Of a stretch of 64,000 bases of DNA, positions 26,791 to 40,526 are shown one piece after another. Made by a program: the position numbers and the translations under genes. Under the pieces are notes generated by a model. The model did no database searches. It was not told the origin of the DNA and was given only the letters and a program-made list of their open reading frames with translations. Source of the stretch: Octopus vulgaris (taxonomy: Eukaryota); assembly GCA_951406725.2 (NCBI GenBank), contig OX597821.1, positions 38,502,001 through 38,566,000 on the forward strand, written 5' to 3'. Each line of letters begins with the position of its first letter. Position 1 is the stretch's first letter.

Positions 26791-29407
26791 GTAATTATAA
26801 ATGTTGTTTGAAATTTCTAACTTCTGGCTAGAATCCTTTATTATTATTATTATTATGAAAAGATTTTCTTCGATTATTATTCTTATTATTATCATCATCA
26901 TCACCATCATTATTATTATTTTTATTATTGTTCCTTGTTATTTCAAAGTTGTTGAGGAAATGTTTTCATATCTAAGAAATGGAAACTGGAATTCCTTCAA
27001 ATGTCTGGCATCACAACATGGTTATCAAAGACATCTGTCTTATGTTTGGAAGTTAAGTGTAAATGATTGGTGTTTTGAAATAATTGCAGATAAAATAGAG
27101 GTGATGGGGCAGGATGAGGCTGAAGTAGAAGTAAAAAGCCAAGTAAGCATGTTTTCCTGCTCAACATCTTCTCCAATATGTAGAAATCTCCGAAAGCAAA
27201 TGAAATATAACAAATCTAATAAAAAAAAAAAGAAAAATAGCTGAAAAAAAAAATGGTGGACTGTCTTCACAGAATAAAAAACACAGACAATCTTTCTCTT
27301 GTTCTTTAACCAGTTTTCAAAACTGGAAAGATTTTCATTTTTCAACCTCTTGTAACCATAACCTAATTTTTTCATCGGTATTTTATATTCCAAACACCTT
27401 GGAGCTTACACAACAGAAACACTATTTCTTGTCCTGAAACTGCCCAGAAGATCACCTAAGAAATATTGGAATTTACTTAATCTTCGGTAAAAACTACTTT
27501 GAATTATGTTATGTCTTGGAAGGGTCATTGCACCAATAATAATGAACTCACACACTGTTCAATATCACTTCTTTGTTATTGATCAATCAAGTTAAATATC
27601 TAACCAACTAACAAACTAATCAGGCAGCCTTAAGGCAGACCTTTGAAGAGAGAGGACATGAAATTGATGAGGTTGTGAATAGCAATGAAAGGACTTTGAC
27701 AAACAAACAACCCACTGATTCTTTAACCAGCACATTAAACTAATGACCATTTAGTTTATTGATTAGATATTTAATTGATTGACTAATAATAAAGAAGTCA
27801 TATTGAACCAGTGCATGTGTTTATTATTACTGACATAATGACCCACCCAAGACACAACAAGATTTGTTTCAACACACAAATTCACATCAAGAATCTTGCA
27901 AACCAACTACAAATACTTTTTGTTGAAACCAAGGTTAACAAGAGGAGGATAAGATAAATAATTGTACAAACAGAATTTATGATAATCACCATTTCAATAA
28001 GATTTAGAAGGTCCATAAGAGGCCACGGGTTACATTATATATATCATGTACCCTGTAAATGGTAAAACTGGTTGATCTTTATTTCTTTTGCAGAGCAAAC
28101 CTTTTATTAGATATAGAACAGATTCTTTGAAATTTTTGTGGAGCCTAAAATGAGATCACATGACTTATGATCTGAGGAGAATCAACAGCAGTGTTACTCA
28201 CTTGTGGGGACCAGGGGAGGACTTCAGAATGGGGTATAAGTAACAGTGACTAAAACTAGCAATGATGCTTCGATTAAAACTTCTTTTAATGATGATGCTG
28301 TATGTATGTATATATATATGCACACACACGTATACAGTAATATGTGTGTGTACGTCTATGTGTGCGGGTTTATATATATGTGTGTGTGTGTGTTTAATAG
28401 TGAAGTGACAGGAAGGACACCAAGTTTAGAGAATCTGCCTCAAAATATTTTGCTTGATGCATGAAAGCATGAAAAAAAAGATGTTAAAATACTGATGATG
28501 ATGATGAGGTTGATGATGATGATGATGGTGATGATAATGACAATATCATCATCATCATCATTACTATCATATTATGTGTCCGTGTCAGATTGATTCCTCT
28601 CCAAGATCAGCTGGAAGGCCATGTCTCACTCACATATTTCATTTTTGGTTTAATTTTTACCAAAGTTGCAACATTTACAATTTGTTTTTACTGATTTATA
28701 AAAAGATCTTTTTTACTTTCTCCCAATTTATATTTTAATCCAATAATAAAATAAAAAAAAAGCTTAAGTGTATGTGTGCGACCCTAACCCATATTTTTCT
28801 CAATCACTTTTCAACAAATCTCTTGATTTGATTCAATTCTATTGACAAACAAAATTTCAAAAAATCCCACTTTCACACAAATACACAATCAATTTATTAG
28901 GTAAAACTTTTTTAAAGAATGCAGGCGTATATTGGGAATATACGTGAACAAACACTAAGGAGGTGAAAAGTGAGGAAGCCAGGTGACACTTAATGTAAAA
29001 TTCCCATTTCCCTTGTTAGTTAATGTCTTTTTTACATTACAATCACCAACACATGCACACAGTTGGCGTATATCCATGTGTGCATGGGTGTGCATGTGTG
29101 TATTTCTGTGTGATTTATTTACGTCTATTGTTTGCATGAAAAAAAACATGCAATTTTCATTGCAAATAAAACAAAAAAAAATGCAATGGCAGAGTCAACA
29201 GAAAGATTGCATTATTTTCCCTTATCTATATTTGTGTGTTCTCATTTAATGTCATCATCGTCATCATCGTCATTGTCGTCGTCATCGTTGACATCATTAT
29301 CATCACCATTTTACATGTTTTCCATGCTACCCATTGGTTGGAAAGTCTCTCACAGTGTTGCCACTTGTTATGCACTTCTGTCTGCATAAGAAATAGTCTT
29401 CCAGCCT

Positions 29408-29636
29408 GGACGTGGCCGTTTGCCAGCCCCGTCTGGCACCTGTGCCGGTGGCACGTAAAAACCAGCCACTACACTCACGGAGTGGTTGGCGTTAGGAAGG
29501 GCATCCAGCTGTAGAAACATTGCCAGATCAGACTGGGCCTGGTGCAGCCTTCTGGCTTCCCAGACCCCAGTTGAACCGTCCAACCCATGCTAGCATGCAA
29601 AGTGGACGCTAAATAAAGATGATGATGATGATGATA
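29408..29636 (+). mobile_element. Family A retroelement 3' end
   Basis: ggttggcgttaggaagggcatccagctgtagaaac...catgctagcatgcaaagtggacgc + (GAT)n. Confidence 0.88.
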
Positions 29637-29639
29637 AAG

Positions 29640-30675
29640 ATGGATTAAGGGACATCATAGGGTTTTGCTGGATGAGAAGACCTAGAAGAGATCCACCTAT
29701 CAGACTCACTTTGCTCAGGTATTTTGTCCTGATAAGAAACCTCTTACTCGGTGCAGCAAACATCAGCAGAGGGTTTTGGGGTGTGAAGAATGTGTGGTGG
29801 ACCAATGACTTTGAGAAAACATAGTTTTGTTTTGAGAACAGTACTTAGTGGTGGTTTTATGAGACCCAGGAGGTAGTGTGTAGCCTCTTCACACCTAGTT
29901 CAGAGTCCCTTGAGCAGTATAGACAGACAGACGAACAGACAGACACTCTTCATAGAAAAGACATCAGATCTGAAATGCTCATCAGAGAAATTCCAGACTC
30001 TCCTCAACTCACCCACATGTTGAGTCAATGGTGCAAAAATTCCTCCCATTATAAGCAGTGAAAACAGAACTTGGACAGGATTCAAACAAAGAAAAACACT
30101 GTTAAAGTCATTGAGACATCTGAAAAGTTGATGGAATCCACCAGAGATTTGGAAGAATGGTGATTCAACATTGCACTCTAAATTTCATGAATTCTTTGTT
30201 TTGTTGGGAACAAGGCAAGATACCATGCACAACTTTGTGACCCTTGCAATAATCATCACTGTGTATAAGAGCAAGAGAGAAAACTGTGACTGCTCCATCC
30301 ACTGAGAAATAACAAAGCTTATTATTGCTGGAAAATTTCTTGTTAGTTACACTCTCAACCAGACTGATTATTGAAGAACACCTTTCAGAGAGTCAATGTG
30401 GATTCAGAGCAAATAAGGGTACTATTGATATGATATTTGTTTTCAGGGGCTCCAAGAGAATTGTCAGGGTCAGAACAAGATGACTATGTATGACTTTGTG
30501 GATCTTAACAACACACTGAACTCTCTGCAAGAAAGAAGTTTGTGGAAAATTATGGAACAACTAGGATGTCCCCTAACATTCTTCAACATTGACTTCAAGT
30601 TACATGACCAAATCAGATACAGTGACAGGCTGGCTTTCAAAGCCCTTTCCAGTAGGAATAGGTATAAAGCAGGGT
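29640..30675 (+). mobile_element. RTE/BovB-like LINE internal relic (RT N-terminal part)
   Basis: CWEQGKIP; IITVYKSK; EEHLSESQCGFRANKGTIDMIFVFR; FVDL; LWKIMEQLGCP, with frameshifts. The part before ~30170 is less certain. Confidence 0.75.
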
Positions 30676-30821
30676 TGTATTATTATATCTTACTCATATA
30701 TCTTCTAACCTTGTCCCTTATCGTTATATAAATTGCCTGTCCCACCTCACACATATCTCTGTCCAGTGTACATTGTATTTTATTGTATCTCTTTGAGCCC
30801 CTGTGGCCAATACAGAAAAGA

Positions 30822-33120
30822 TTATTATTATTTTAAGTTTGAATTTTGCTTTGCATTTGTACAAGTTTGCTCCAAGTCTCACCTAAAGACCTCAAGAGAC
30901 AACAAGTTAGAAGTTCATGTTGGTGTTATGCCTAGGGTGCCATATATTTGGTTTTGTATGTAGTATTGTTCTAGAGAATATTTAAGAAACCATAAGAAAA
31001 TTATGAGCTTGCTTTAAAATTTGGGTTTACATAGACAGTATTTTACATAGGATATGGGCAGTTCCCAGGAGCTCTATCTTTTGAATTTCTGCCATTTTGG
31101 GGTTTCCTGGTATCTGAGCTAGTTAGGAATCAGCCCCTTTTGCTATCATTCCTAGGGCACCTATGACAGCAGGTATTGTTTTAGTCTTCAGGTTCCACAT
31201 TTTGCTATTTCTATTTCAAGATCTTTATACTTGCTCAGTTTTTGGTAGGTCTTGACAGATACGTCTATATCGATTGGGACAGTCATCATCATCATCATTA
31301 TTATTATTATTATTATTGTTATTATTATCATTATTATTATTATTATATGTTTGACTTTTGCTTTGCATTTGTACAAGCTGACTCCAAGTCTCTCCTAGAG
31401 ACCTCAATGAACAACAAATACACACATGTTTCTGTTAGTTTGAACAGTGAAGTTCATATTGATGAGAAGGTATGATTTTTGTCTGAAGTCCTTCAATATA
31501 ATATCTGGCCTATTCACATATATCTTTCTGTCAGTTTGAACGGTAAAATTCCAGAGAAGAGAGATGTGGTCATTTTCAAGCACCAGAGGTGGTTTGTGTT
31601 CCTATCAGTTTTTATCATGGGGCAGGTCCAAGTCTTTGCAAGTCACCTACTAAATAAACTGTGCAGCTCTATCATGCCTGTTGAGATACTCTGTAGGCAC
31701 AAGAAGACTGCACATGGAGACAACATGATCAATCGATTCATTCTGTTGTTGACATACATGACATGGGCTACTGCCTGTTAGTCCCTTGTAGGCATTGTTC
31801 TTATGCTGCTATGATAAACACTTCTGTATCTGATTTTAAGCCAGGAGACACTAACTATTGATGGGTAAGGGCATTGTCAACATCAGCACTATTAACTTTC
31901 TTTGGGTATTTGCTATTAAGAGGTTTCTCTTGCCATTTATCAATAAGAATATCTAAGGCAGCAATTTTAGCACAGGTTTTCATATGCTTAGATTTTTAAG
32001 TGCTTGTTTCCAGTAAGTCTAATTCTGGGATTTGATGTATTTGGACTTCACTTAGATGTTTCTTTTGCCTGTTTTGTTACTGAGTATGAAGTATTCTTGT
32101 TTTCATGCATTAAGACAAGTTTTAACATCCAGCCCTCAGAGTTTTTCAGGTAGGTGTTTAGGCCAATTGTGGCAATCTTCATTGTTAATTCTGGTTATAA
32201 AAGTCCACGGCCACCCTCTTTTCATGGCAGGTAATGCTGTTCTGTATCTACCTTAGGGTGGTACATTCTATGCATTGTCAAGAATTTTCGTATTTTTCTG
32301 TCAAGATTATATATCACAGTAATTGACCAGTTAATGATATTGAAACTGTAAGTCACGACTGGTATGACTAAAGTATTGATCGCTTCGATCCTGTTTCTTG
32401 CATTCAGCTCTGTCTTGAGTATTGCTCTTACCCTGCGATAACATTTTTTTCTGATCTTTTCCCTCATCGATTGTTTGATTCCATCACTTTCAAATACTCC
32501 TAGGTATTTGTAGCTCCCCGCTGGTTCTAACCTCTTTATGACATTCTGTTGGTCAAAATTAATGTTGGATGTTTCTATCATTTTCCCTCTGATAAAAGTA
32601 GCTCTTGCACATTTACTGAGGCCAAATTTCATCCTGATGTCATCACTGAACTGTTTAACAATTGCTAGTAAGCCTTGTAGTTGTTGGTTATTTTTTGCAA
32701 AGAGCTTTCAATCATCCATGTAAATAAAATGATTTATATTTTTACCAAAAATTTTATAGCTATATTGTACATCATTGAGTAAATTCGAGGGATGTATTAA
32801 GGCTAGACAAAAGAGAGGTGGTGATAGAGAGTCACCCTGGAAACTGCCACAGGAAATTCTTACATTCCAGCATTGAGGAATTCATTGTCAGTGTGGTTCT
32901 CCATGATCTCATACATACAAATAAGAAGTTTTGCAAAGTAGGTGCTATTTTATACATTTCCAGACATTTCTTAATCCAGATGTATGGTAGACTATTAAAA
33001 GCTTTATTTTTATATAGTCTATCCAGACTATCGACAAGTTCTTATTTGTGACAATCTTTCAAGATCATCTTATTGATGAGCAGCTGATCTTTATTATTAT
33101 TATTATTATTATTATTAATA
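30822..33120 (-). mobile_element. R4/Dong-clade LINE (RT to 3' end), degenerate, interrupted at ~31287-31457
   Basis: NHFIYMDD; MKFGLSKCARATFIRGK..SYKYLGVFES..LKTELNARNRIEAINTLVIPVVTYSFNIINW..LDRKIRKFLTMHRMYHPK; NRPDI; KLSKYKDLEIEIAK; VIGALGMI; LLGTAHIL. (TAA)n at both ends. Confidence 0.93.
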
Positions 33121-33443
33121 TTTATGGTTTCCTTTCATTATAACTTTATTTCAGCTGCCTTAGTACCGGGCATCCTCTGAAGGCCAAGAGAAGCAAGGGA
33201 ACTTTTGTTTTGCTATGTATGCTAAAATTATCACCACGTTTATTCCATTTCAGATGGAGAGTGCATTCCATAATATATGGGCCCTACCCATCAAGGTTAT
33301 CTTCTGTAGTTCATGGAGATTGGAGTTACCAGGGAGTTGCTTAATATACTTCTCAGCTCCTTTCTTTATCATTCCTGACACACCAATTACTACTGGCATT
33401 ATTGCAGTACTAAGCTTCCACATTTATTATTATTATTATTATT
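33121..33443 (-). mobile_element. R4/Dong LINE 3' end in tandem with the previous element
   Basis: MWKLSTAIMPVVIGVSGMIKKGAEKYIKQLPGNSNLHELQKITLMGRAHILWNALSI*; (TAA)n on both sides. Confidence 0.85.
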
Positions 33444-33634
33444 AAGGTAGTGAGCTGGCAGAATTGTTAACAGACTGAGCAAAATGCTTAGTGGTATTTT
33501 GTCATTCTGGTGAGGTCAACTTTGTCTTTCATCCTTTTGGGGTCGACAAAATAAGTACCAGTTGAATGCTGGGGTCTATGCAATCGATTTATCCCCCTCC
33601 TTGTATTTTCCTAGCCCAGTGCCAAAATTTGAAA

Positions 33635-33640
<6 letters not shown>
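33444..33640 (+). mobile_element. Family B SINE within a (TTA)n tract
   Basis: gagctggcagaattgttaac...gaggtcaactttgtctttcatccttttggggtcgac. Confidence 0.8.
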
Positions 33641-33668
<28 letters not shown>

Positions 33669-34547
33669 CATCATCATCCATCAACATCATCATTATTATT
33701 GACATTATCCCCCATTCTTCCTACCCTATTTCTCCACACCATTTTTTTCCTGTATAACCCTATCCCTCAATCATGGACTGTCCAGACCCATCTTCCATCC
33801 TCATTCCACCCACATACCCTAACCCCTATGTTGTTCTATTTTCATCATCCATCCAATATCCCTCTTCCTTACACTGCACAAATCAATCAATTTTTACTAA
33901 TTTTTATAAAATTCCGAATAATTATTTCTCAACCTTCATTAATAGTTCTTGGCCTTTAATGAATATATACATTTAAATAAGTTGTAGTCATTTATCAACA
34001 TTCTTAAACACCATAATGGCTTCAGTGCATATGACGTATCCTTTGCCATAATTCCTTAATAAATTGATTTTAACATTAATTCTTCCAATGTTTCTTCATT
34101 TATCTCCCTTGATCTGCTTAGCAAGCCATGCACTTGCAAGCTGACCTTCGGTGTTCTCCCAACACCTCATCATTTGCTACTGTCTTGTAGGACACACAGT
34201 AACACATGTTAAACAAAAACCCTCCCCAAGTCCACCCTATAGCACTCCAACCACTCCAGTGCTGAATATTTAATATTATTCATTTATACTATTTTTTAAT
34301 TACAATTTTAGATTCTTAATTTTAATTCAAATATCTTTTTATTCACCTAATACCATTTTAATCAACAGTGACATTATCATTATTAATATATGAAAACTCA
34401 CAGCTTATTTTGCTGGGTATGATGGAAAGTGTCAGCTGTCCACAACCAGCAGACTAAGGTGACACTTGTTTACTGGTCATGCTTCAAGAACCCTGTGGAG
34501 AACTCTTTCAGTTCCAAGCAATGATGATTTTTCTAGATGTTCTATAA

Positions 34548-35183
34548 TGATAATGAAATTATTGTATACAGTGCTCAGGTGCACCACAACTTATCAAAAG
34601 TGTGTATAAAGTATATGTAGTAATGTACAAATGTCTGGGAAGTGAACAGTGTTTGAATCAGATATATGCTTGCGTGTGTATGGAGGGGAGAAAATCAGGT
34701 GTAGTGTTGGTGAATCTCCGGAAGCACGGAAGTTTTGAAGGAGGCAGTGCTCCGACAACTAACAACTGATGCCGGCAGTTTGTTCCATGCTTTAGCAACT
34801 CTTAGCATGAAAAAATGTTTCCGAAAGTCATGGGAGCTGTGCTGTTTTCTGACTTTGTAAACATGTCCATGGGTGTTAGACAGGTGGAGTTTGAAAAGTT
34901 ATTGTTTGTAAGATGGTTAATAATTTTATAGGTGTCTGCCGAGTCAGCTGCCAGATGTCAGAGTTTCAATGTGTCCATGCCCAAGGAAGTAAGGCGTTCA
35001 GAATATGGCAAATGCCTGATGGAGGGTATTCTCTTGGTTGCACATCACTGAACATCTTCCATACGATTAATATCCTGGGCAAGATGGGGGTTCCAGACCA
35101 GTGATGCAAATTCCAGGTGAGGTCCTATCATAGCTATATAAAGCCGCAGATAGATAGCCAGAGAGTGGCTCACAAAGGACTTT
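34548..35183 (-). mobile_element. CR1-type LINE 3' end
   Basis: LYIAMIGPHLEFASLVWNPHLAQDINRMEDVQ*CATKRIPSIRHLPYSERLTSLGMDTLKL...HGHVYKV..RKHFFMLRVAKAWNKLPASVV. Confidence 0.9.
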
Positions 35184-35219
35184 CTTTACATTTGTACCAA
35201 TCTTTTTCTTACTACTTAT

Positions 35220-35670
35220 AATAATAATCCTTTCTACTATGGGCACAAGGCCTGAAATTTGGAGAAGGCGATAAATTGACTACATCAACCCCAGTACTCA
35301 ATTGGTACTTACTTTATCAACCCTGAAAGGATGAAAGGCAAAGTCAGCCTCGGCAAAATTTGAACTTAGAATGTAAGGTGGGAAGAAAGGCTGTAAAGCA
35401 TTTTACCCAGCACACTAACGATAATAATAATAATAGTAGTAGTAGTAGTAATAATGATAATAATAATAATAATCCTTTCTGCTGGAAGTACAAGGCCTTA
35501 AATATGGGGGAATGGATTAAGTCGATTATATCAATCCCAGTGCATAACTGGTACTTAATTTATTGACCCTGAAAAAATGAAAGGCAAAGTTGAGCTCAAC
35601 AGAATTTCAGCTCAGAATGTAGTGATCGGCAAAATACTGCTAAGCGTTTCGCCCAGCAGCCTGATGATTC
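35220..35670 (-). mobile_element. Two tandem Family B SINEs
   Basis: Two copies of aataatcctttct...caaggcct...tggtactta.ttt.at..accctgaaa..atgaaaggcaaagt separated by (AAT)n. Confidence 0.8.
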
Positions 35671-36561
35671 AGGGTAAAAGGGTTAGTATATTACATACGC
35701 TGTAATAGAAACTACTTGTGAGGGTTTTACTCAGAAAATGGAGAGAATGCAGAAAAGCAGGTGAGAGAAGAGACCAGTATGGAGCAACCAAGAAATTCAT
35801 TTCTCCCCAGTTCCAAGAACACCATTAGCCACTGTTCCAAAAATGATAGAGAAAGTCTTTTCAGACTTCCTTTATCACTTAGGTCAAGTTCTGGAAATGA
35901 GCAGACATGACATATTTCAGCAGAGGCAAGCAATGATATACGTCCACCCTTTCCCCCTTTTTATCTCTGAGTTCTTCTTTCTCACTTTCCTTTCATCCTT
36001 TTTTTCTGCTCTCATACTTTCTCTTCTCATTCCTCTATGACTTTTATTTCTTCTTCTCCACATACTTCTCCATCCTCCCCCACCTTTAGCAACATTTATA
36101 TGCCTTGCAGACAAGTACAACCAGTTAAGTTTGAAGAAACAAAAGTTGAAACATCTGTTCATGTTGTTAGGAAACAGTATTGTGAATTTGCTAAACATTA
36201 TTTGAAACAGTCAGTTCCTTCTTGTAGGTTACTGTAATCATTTGATTGTGAACTATGTTTGTATATACTGGTATATGTGTGCGAGTGTGTGTACATATAA
36301 ACACACATATATACATGTACATACGAACATATCTTACACTCGGATGATTGCAGTAATCTACAAGAATGGTATAGGTGTGTGTGTGTGTATATATATATTG
36401 ATTACTTCTGTGCACTTATATAAATTGCACTATCTGAAACATCCATTTTTTCAACACATCTCTGCATTATATAAATATAGTCTTTTTGCTTAATAAACTA
36501 ATTATTTTAAACATATATTATTTTAGATTTTCTTTTTTAACAATTCAATTTAAAATTTGAA

Positions 36562-36618
<57 letters not shown>

Positions 36619-37119
36619 CACACATATATATATATATATATGCAAAAATATACTTATTCATACATATTATTTGATAAACTATACACTTCCATCTATATAC
36701 ATAACTAATATAGACTTCTTACATAAATTATTTCATGTATAGATCCATCATAAAAACATGAAACCACCAATTAACAGAAAAATCCATATAACTTTTTATT
36801 CAATCTATATTTATGATATGAAACAAACTAAAATTTCTGCAGAAATATCTAAAATAAATAGCAAACAAAAATGAAGTCTCTTCTTTTCAGATTTTATGAC
36901 AGCTTGTAAAACTAAAATATTTTATGAGGATATCAATAAATTTGACTGTTATTAGTCTAGACAATGATAATCTGTTTTAATTACTAATACAGGTATAATA
37001 CAGGTATAATTTCCAATTTGGTGCACTAATCTGCCTCGACTGTTTTGGTGACATTGGTTGTGGTGCTGAGTTTTGACATAAACTTTTACCTGTGCTACTC
37101 AATAGAAATTGTTGTTGTG

Positions 37120-37385
37120 ATACCTGTGCCAGTGACACATAAAAAGCACCATCCAAATGTGGCCAATACCAGTGCCGCCTTGACTAACTTCCGTGCCGGT
37201 GGCACGTAAAAAGAACCCACTGCACTCATGGAGTGGTTGGCGTTAGGAAGGGCATCCAGCTGTAGAAACACTGGCAGCTCAGGCTGGAGCCTGGTGCAGC
37301 CTTCTGGCTTCCCAGACCCCAGTCAAACCGTCCAACCCATGCTAGCATGGAAAATGGATGTTAAACGATGATAATGATAATGATG
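37120..37385 (+). mobile_element. Family A retroelement 3' end
   Basis: Family A motif and (GAT)n tail. Confidence 0.85.
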
Positions 37386-37859
37386 CTCAAGGGTAGAGGA
37401 TTTCCAGAATCATTAGCATGCTGAATAAAATACTTGATGCCATTTCTTCCAACTCTTTAGATCCTGAGTTCAAATCCGGCCAAGATCAACTTTGCCTTTC
37501 ATCCTTTTGTCACAATAAAATAAAATAACTGTCATGAAGCAGGGTCGATATGACAGACAAATTCCCATCTTCCAAAATTTATTAATCTGTTTGTCTGTCT
37601 GCAACCTCTTGCTCTATGCCTAACTTACAGTTTGGGTAAGCTAGGATTTTCAGAAGAAGAAACCAACCAACTGAGTCATACAACACAAATATAATCTCTA
37701 AGTGGAACAGTAAAAATATTCAAAACTTCCCTCAAATTTAAAATGTGACATTGTTTTTGATATCTACATTTCACAGACAGAACTCTGTATCTTTGTTAGA
37801 AACCAGCTCCTTCCTCAGAGGAAGAATTTAAATAATTAAAAGCAGAACACACACACACA

Positions 37860-37913
<54 letters not shown>

Positions 37914-37920
37914 TACATAC

Positions 37921-39052
37921 AAGACGATAGCAACATCGATCATCAAAGCAGTTTATCATGGACCAATAGCCGGGTTATTACCTCCCACTTTGAAGGGTAT
38001 GTGTTTGCAATCTGGGAACAGGAAATATCAACCAAGTACCTGATGCCCGAAAAGGATAGAGATGCAGGAAAAGGCATAAAATGTGTCAACCAATGCAGAC
38101 TTTGTGGAATTAACACCAAAGATATCACCCACATCATAAGCAGTTGTCTGAAAATGTCATCATGGTATTATCTGCCAATGAAGCATAATGTTGTAGCTAG
38201 GGCACTATATAATGAAATCTGTTGGAAGGATAACCCTGAGAACAAAGAAATAAGAACCCACAGTATGGTAGAAGCCATAATCACTCAAAATATAAAGAAG
38301 TCCTGGTGGAATGTCCTAGTGAAAACCTCAATAAATGCAAATGTAATAGACCTGATATAATGATTTAGGATAGAGAAGAGAAAATGTGCACAGTTGTGGA
38401 AATTAGCTGCCCAGTGGAGTTAACATAAAGCTGAAGATCAGTGAAAAAAACACTTATGATGAACTATTGAGAAATCTGCAGTTACTCTATCCAGATTACA
38501 AGTTCAGATTTATACCTGTAATTATTGGGGCCCTGGGATATGTAACATACTGCCTAAATACCAATCTTGAAAAATTAGGCTTCTCAAAACCAGAAAGGAG
38601 AAAGCAAATTTGAAGACTACAGATCCAATCCATCATTGGAACTGTAAAAATCTGTAAAACTTTCCAGAAGTTTATCATTTAAATATATGCGAGTATGTCT
38701 AGATATGCAACTATACACATGAGAATACATACATAAAACATACATATATACATACATATTTACAAAAATACCCTGTTGTTGATGTTGAAATTCCAATGAA
38801 GAAGCCTTAGATCTAAGTTAGAAACCAATTCTTTCTCTATTGGCAATAAATCTTGAAATAAACTGAATAATGATATATACATACATACATACATACATGC
38901 ATACGAACAAACATACATACATAAAAAAATAAAAAGCTGATGTTGAAATTCCAATGAAAGAGCCTTGGATCTAGGTTAGAAACTGGCTCTTTCTCTATTG
39001 GCAAGAAATCTTGAAAATAAAACTGAATAATGATATACATACGTACATACAT
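37921..39052 (+). mobile_element. Second R4/Dong-like family (CCHC + restriction-like endonuclease + 3'UTR), followed by an extra 3'-end copy
   Basis: TSHFEGYVFAIWEQEISTKYL; CRLCGINTKDITHIISSC; HNVVARALY; NRPDIMI; VVEISCP; FIPVIIGALGYV. The terminal ~95 bp is repeated at ~38780-38872 and ~38938-39032, each followed by (CATA)n. Confidence 0.88.
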
Positions 39053-40486
39053 ACAGCTGTTATAATCAGAAATATAATTCACCTTTTGGTATTGAATTCT
39101 ATTTTATACTTCTTGTATGTACTTATGTACTCAATTTACTTACATCCATCACATGCATCACACACACATTCATACACATTGTCATACATACCCACATACA
39201 TATGCATATGCAAACACATATTTACATATATATATATATGTATATGTATGTGTGTATGCCTATATGTATGTATTATATGTATGTAGTATATCTATCTATC
39301 TGTCCACAGATATGTCAGCGCTGCTCTCTCACCTTCTTTCTCCATACAAATATTTACCATCAACCACACTCCCACCCTTGTTTATCACTCACTACACCGA
39401 CCTTTAGCCCCCTTCCCTACTCATGTGTTATTGTTCCTTTCACTCTCTTATGAAAGTACCCACTACCCTCTCCCTTCCCATGATCTGCAGTCTGTACTCT
39501 CCTTACAGTCATCCTCTTGTACTTGTCACTACCATCTTTATCTCCGTCCCAGCTGCTCTTACCCAACCTTTGCATAAGGCAAAGAAACCATGTCTCTTTT
39601 CTATAGCAAGATACTTGTGCTTGTCCCTCTTTCATGCTTTAACCTTCAGCACCTGGCATTAAGCCATCTCCCTGTCTCCCAGATACATCCCTGCTCCCTA
39701 GTGCCAGATCACACAAGCAGCACCCAGCACACACAGCAAAGTGGTTGGCATAGGGCTGGACATCAAACCATACAGAGAGATGTTCATCTTCAGAGCAACA
39801 GGGACTCTATAGTTATCGTTAAGAAAGACTGATGACTTGTGCTGCAACTGTTTAAAGTGAGAAAGAGTTGCTCACCATCAACCTCATTCTCTCATCCATG
39901 ACCATATTTAATCCATCGGCAAGACCAGATCAAGGACAGCCAAGGATATAGGTGGATGCTATAGGAGACCAACATATTTTACTTGCCTTATCTTGCTTTC
40001 TGCACTGCACCATGTGCAGCTGCTACTACCTTCCCTTCTACTGAACTGTGAAGGTTCCTTTTGCAGAGTCTGCTGGATTTAGTCTTCACATGAAAATGTA
40101 GACAAGTCATAACATGCTAATTAACTCATAGAAGGAACCCTGACAATGGTCACTACTCTGGATCAGAGTAGGTCAGGGAGTCATAGTGGCTAAGAGGTGG
40201 TTCCACACTTCTGAAAACTTTGAACTCCCAAATGAGGACACCACGACTGGATGAGGTGTTAAAGTCAAACCTAGGACTACATCCAACCATAGAAACCATG
40301 TCAAAGCCAACACTGAAGCCTGCAGCAGCTCTGTGGCTCATCAGATTGTATCAAATTGTCTAACTCATGCCAACAAGGGAAATGCATGTTAAATGATGAT
40401 GAAGATGATGATATCACATATATATGTTTATGCATGTATGTGACTGTTTGTATATGTGCATGTGTTTGTGTTTGTGAGTGTGTTTG

Positions 40487-40523
<37 letters not shown>

Positions 40524-40526
<3 letters not shown>

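Noticed and set aside
35715-35933. Overlapping short ORFs in unique sequence
   Set aside because: No recognisable domain or convincing splice-site pair.
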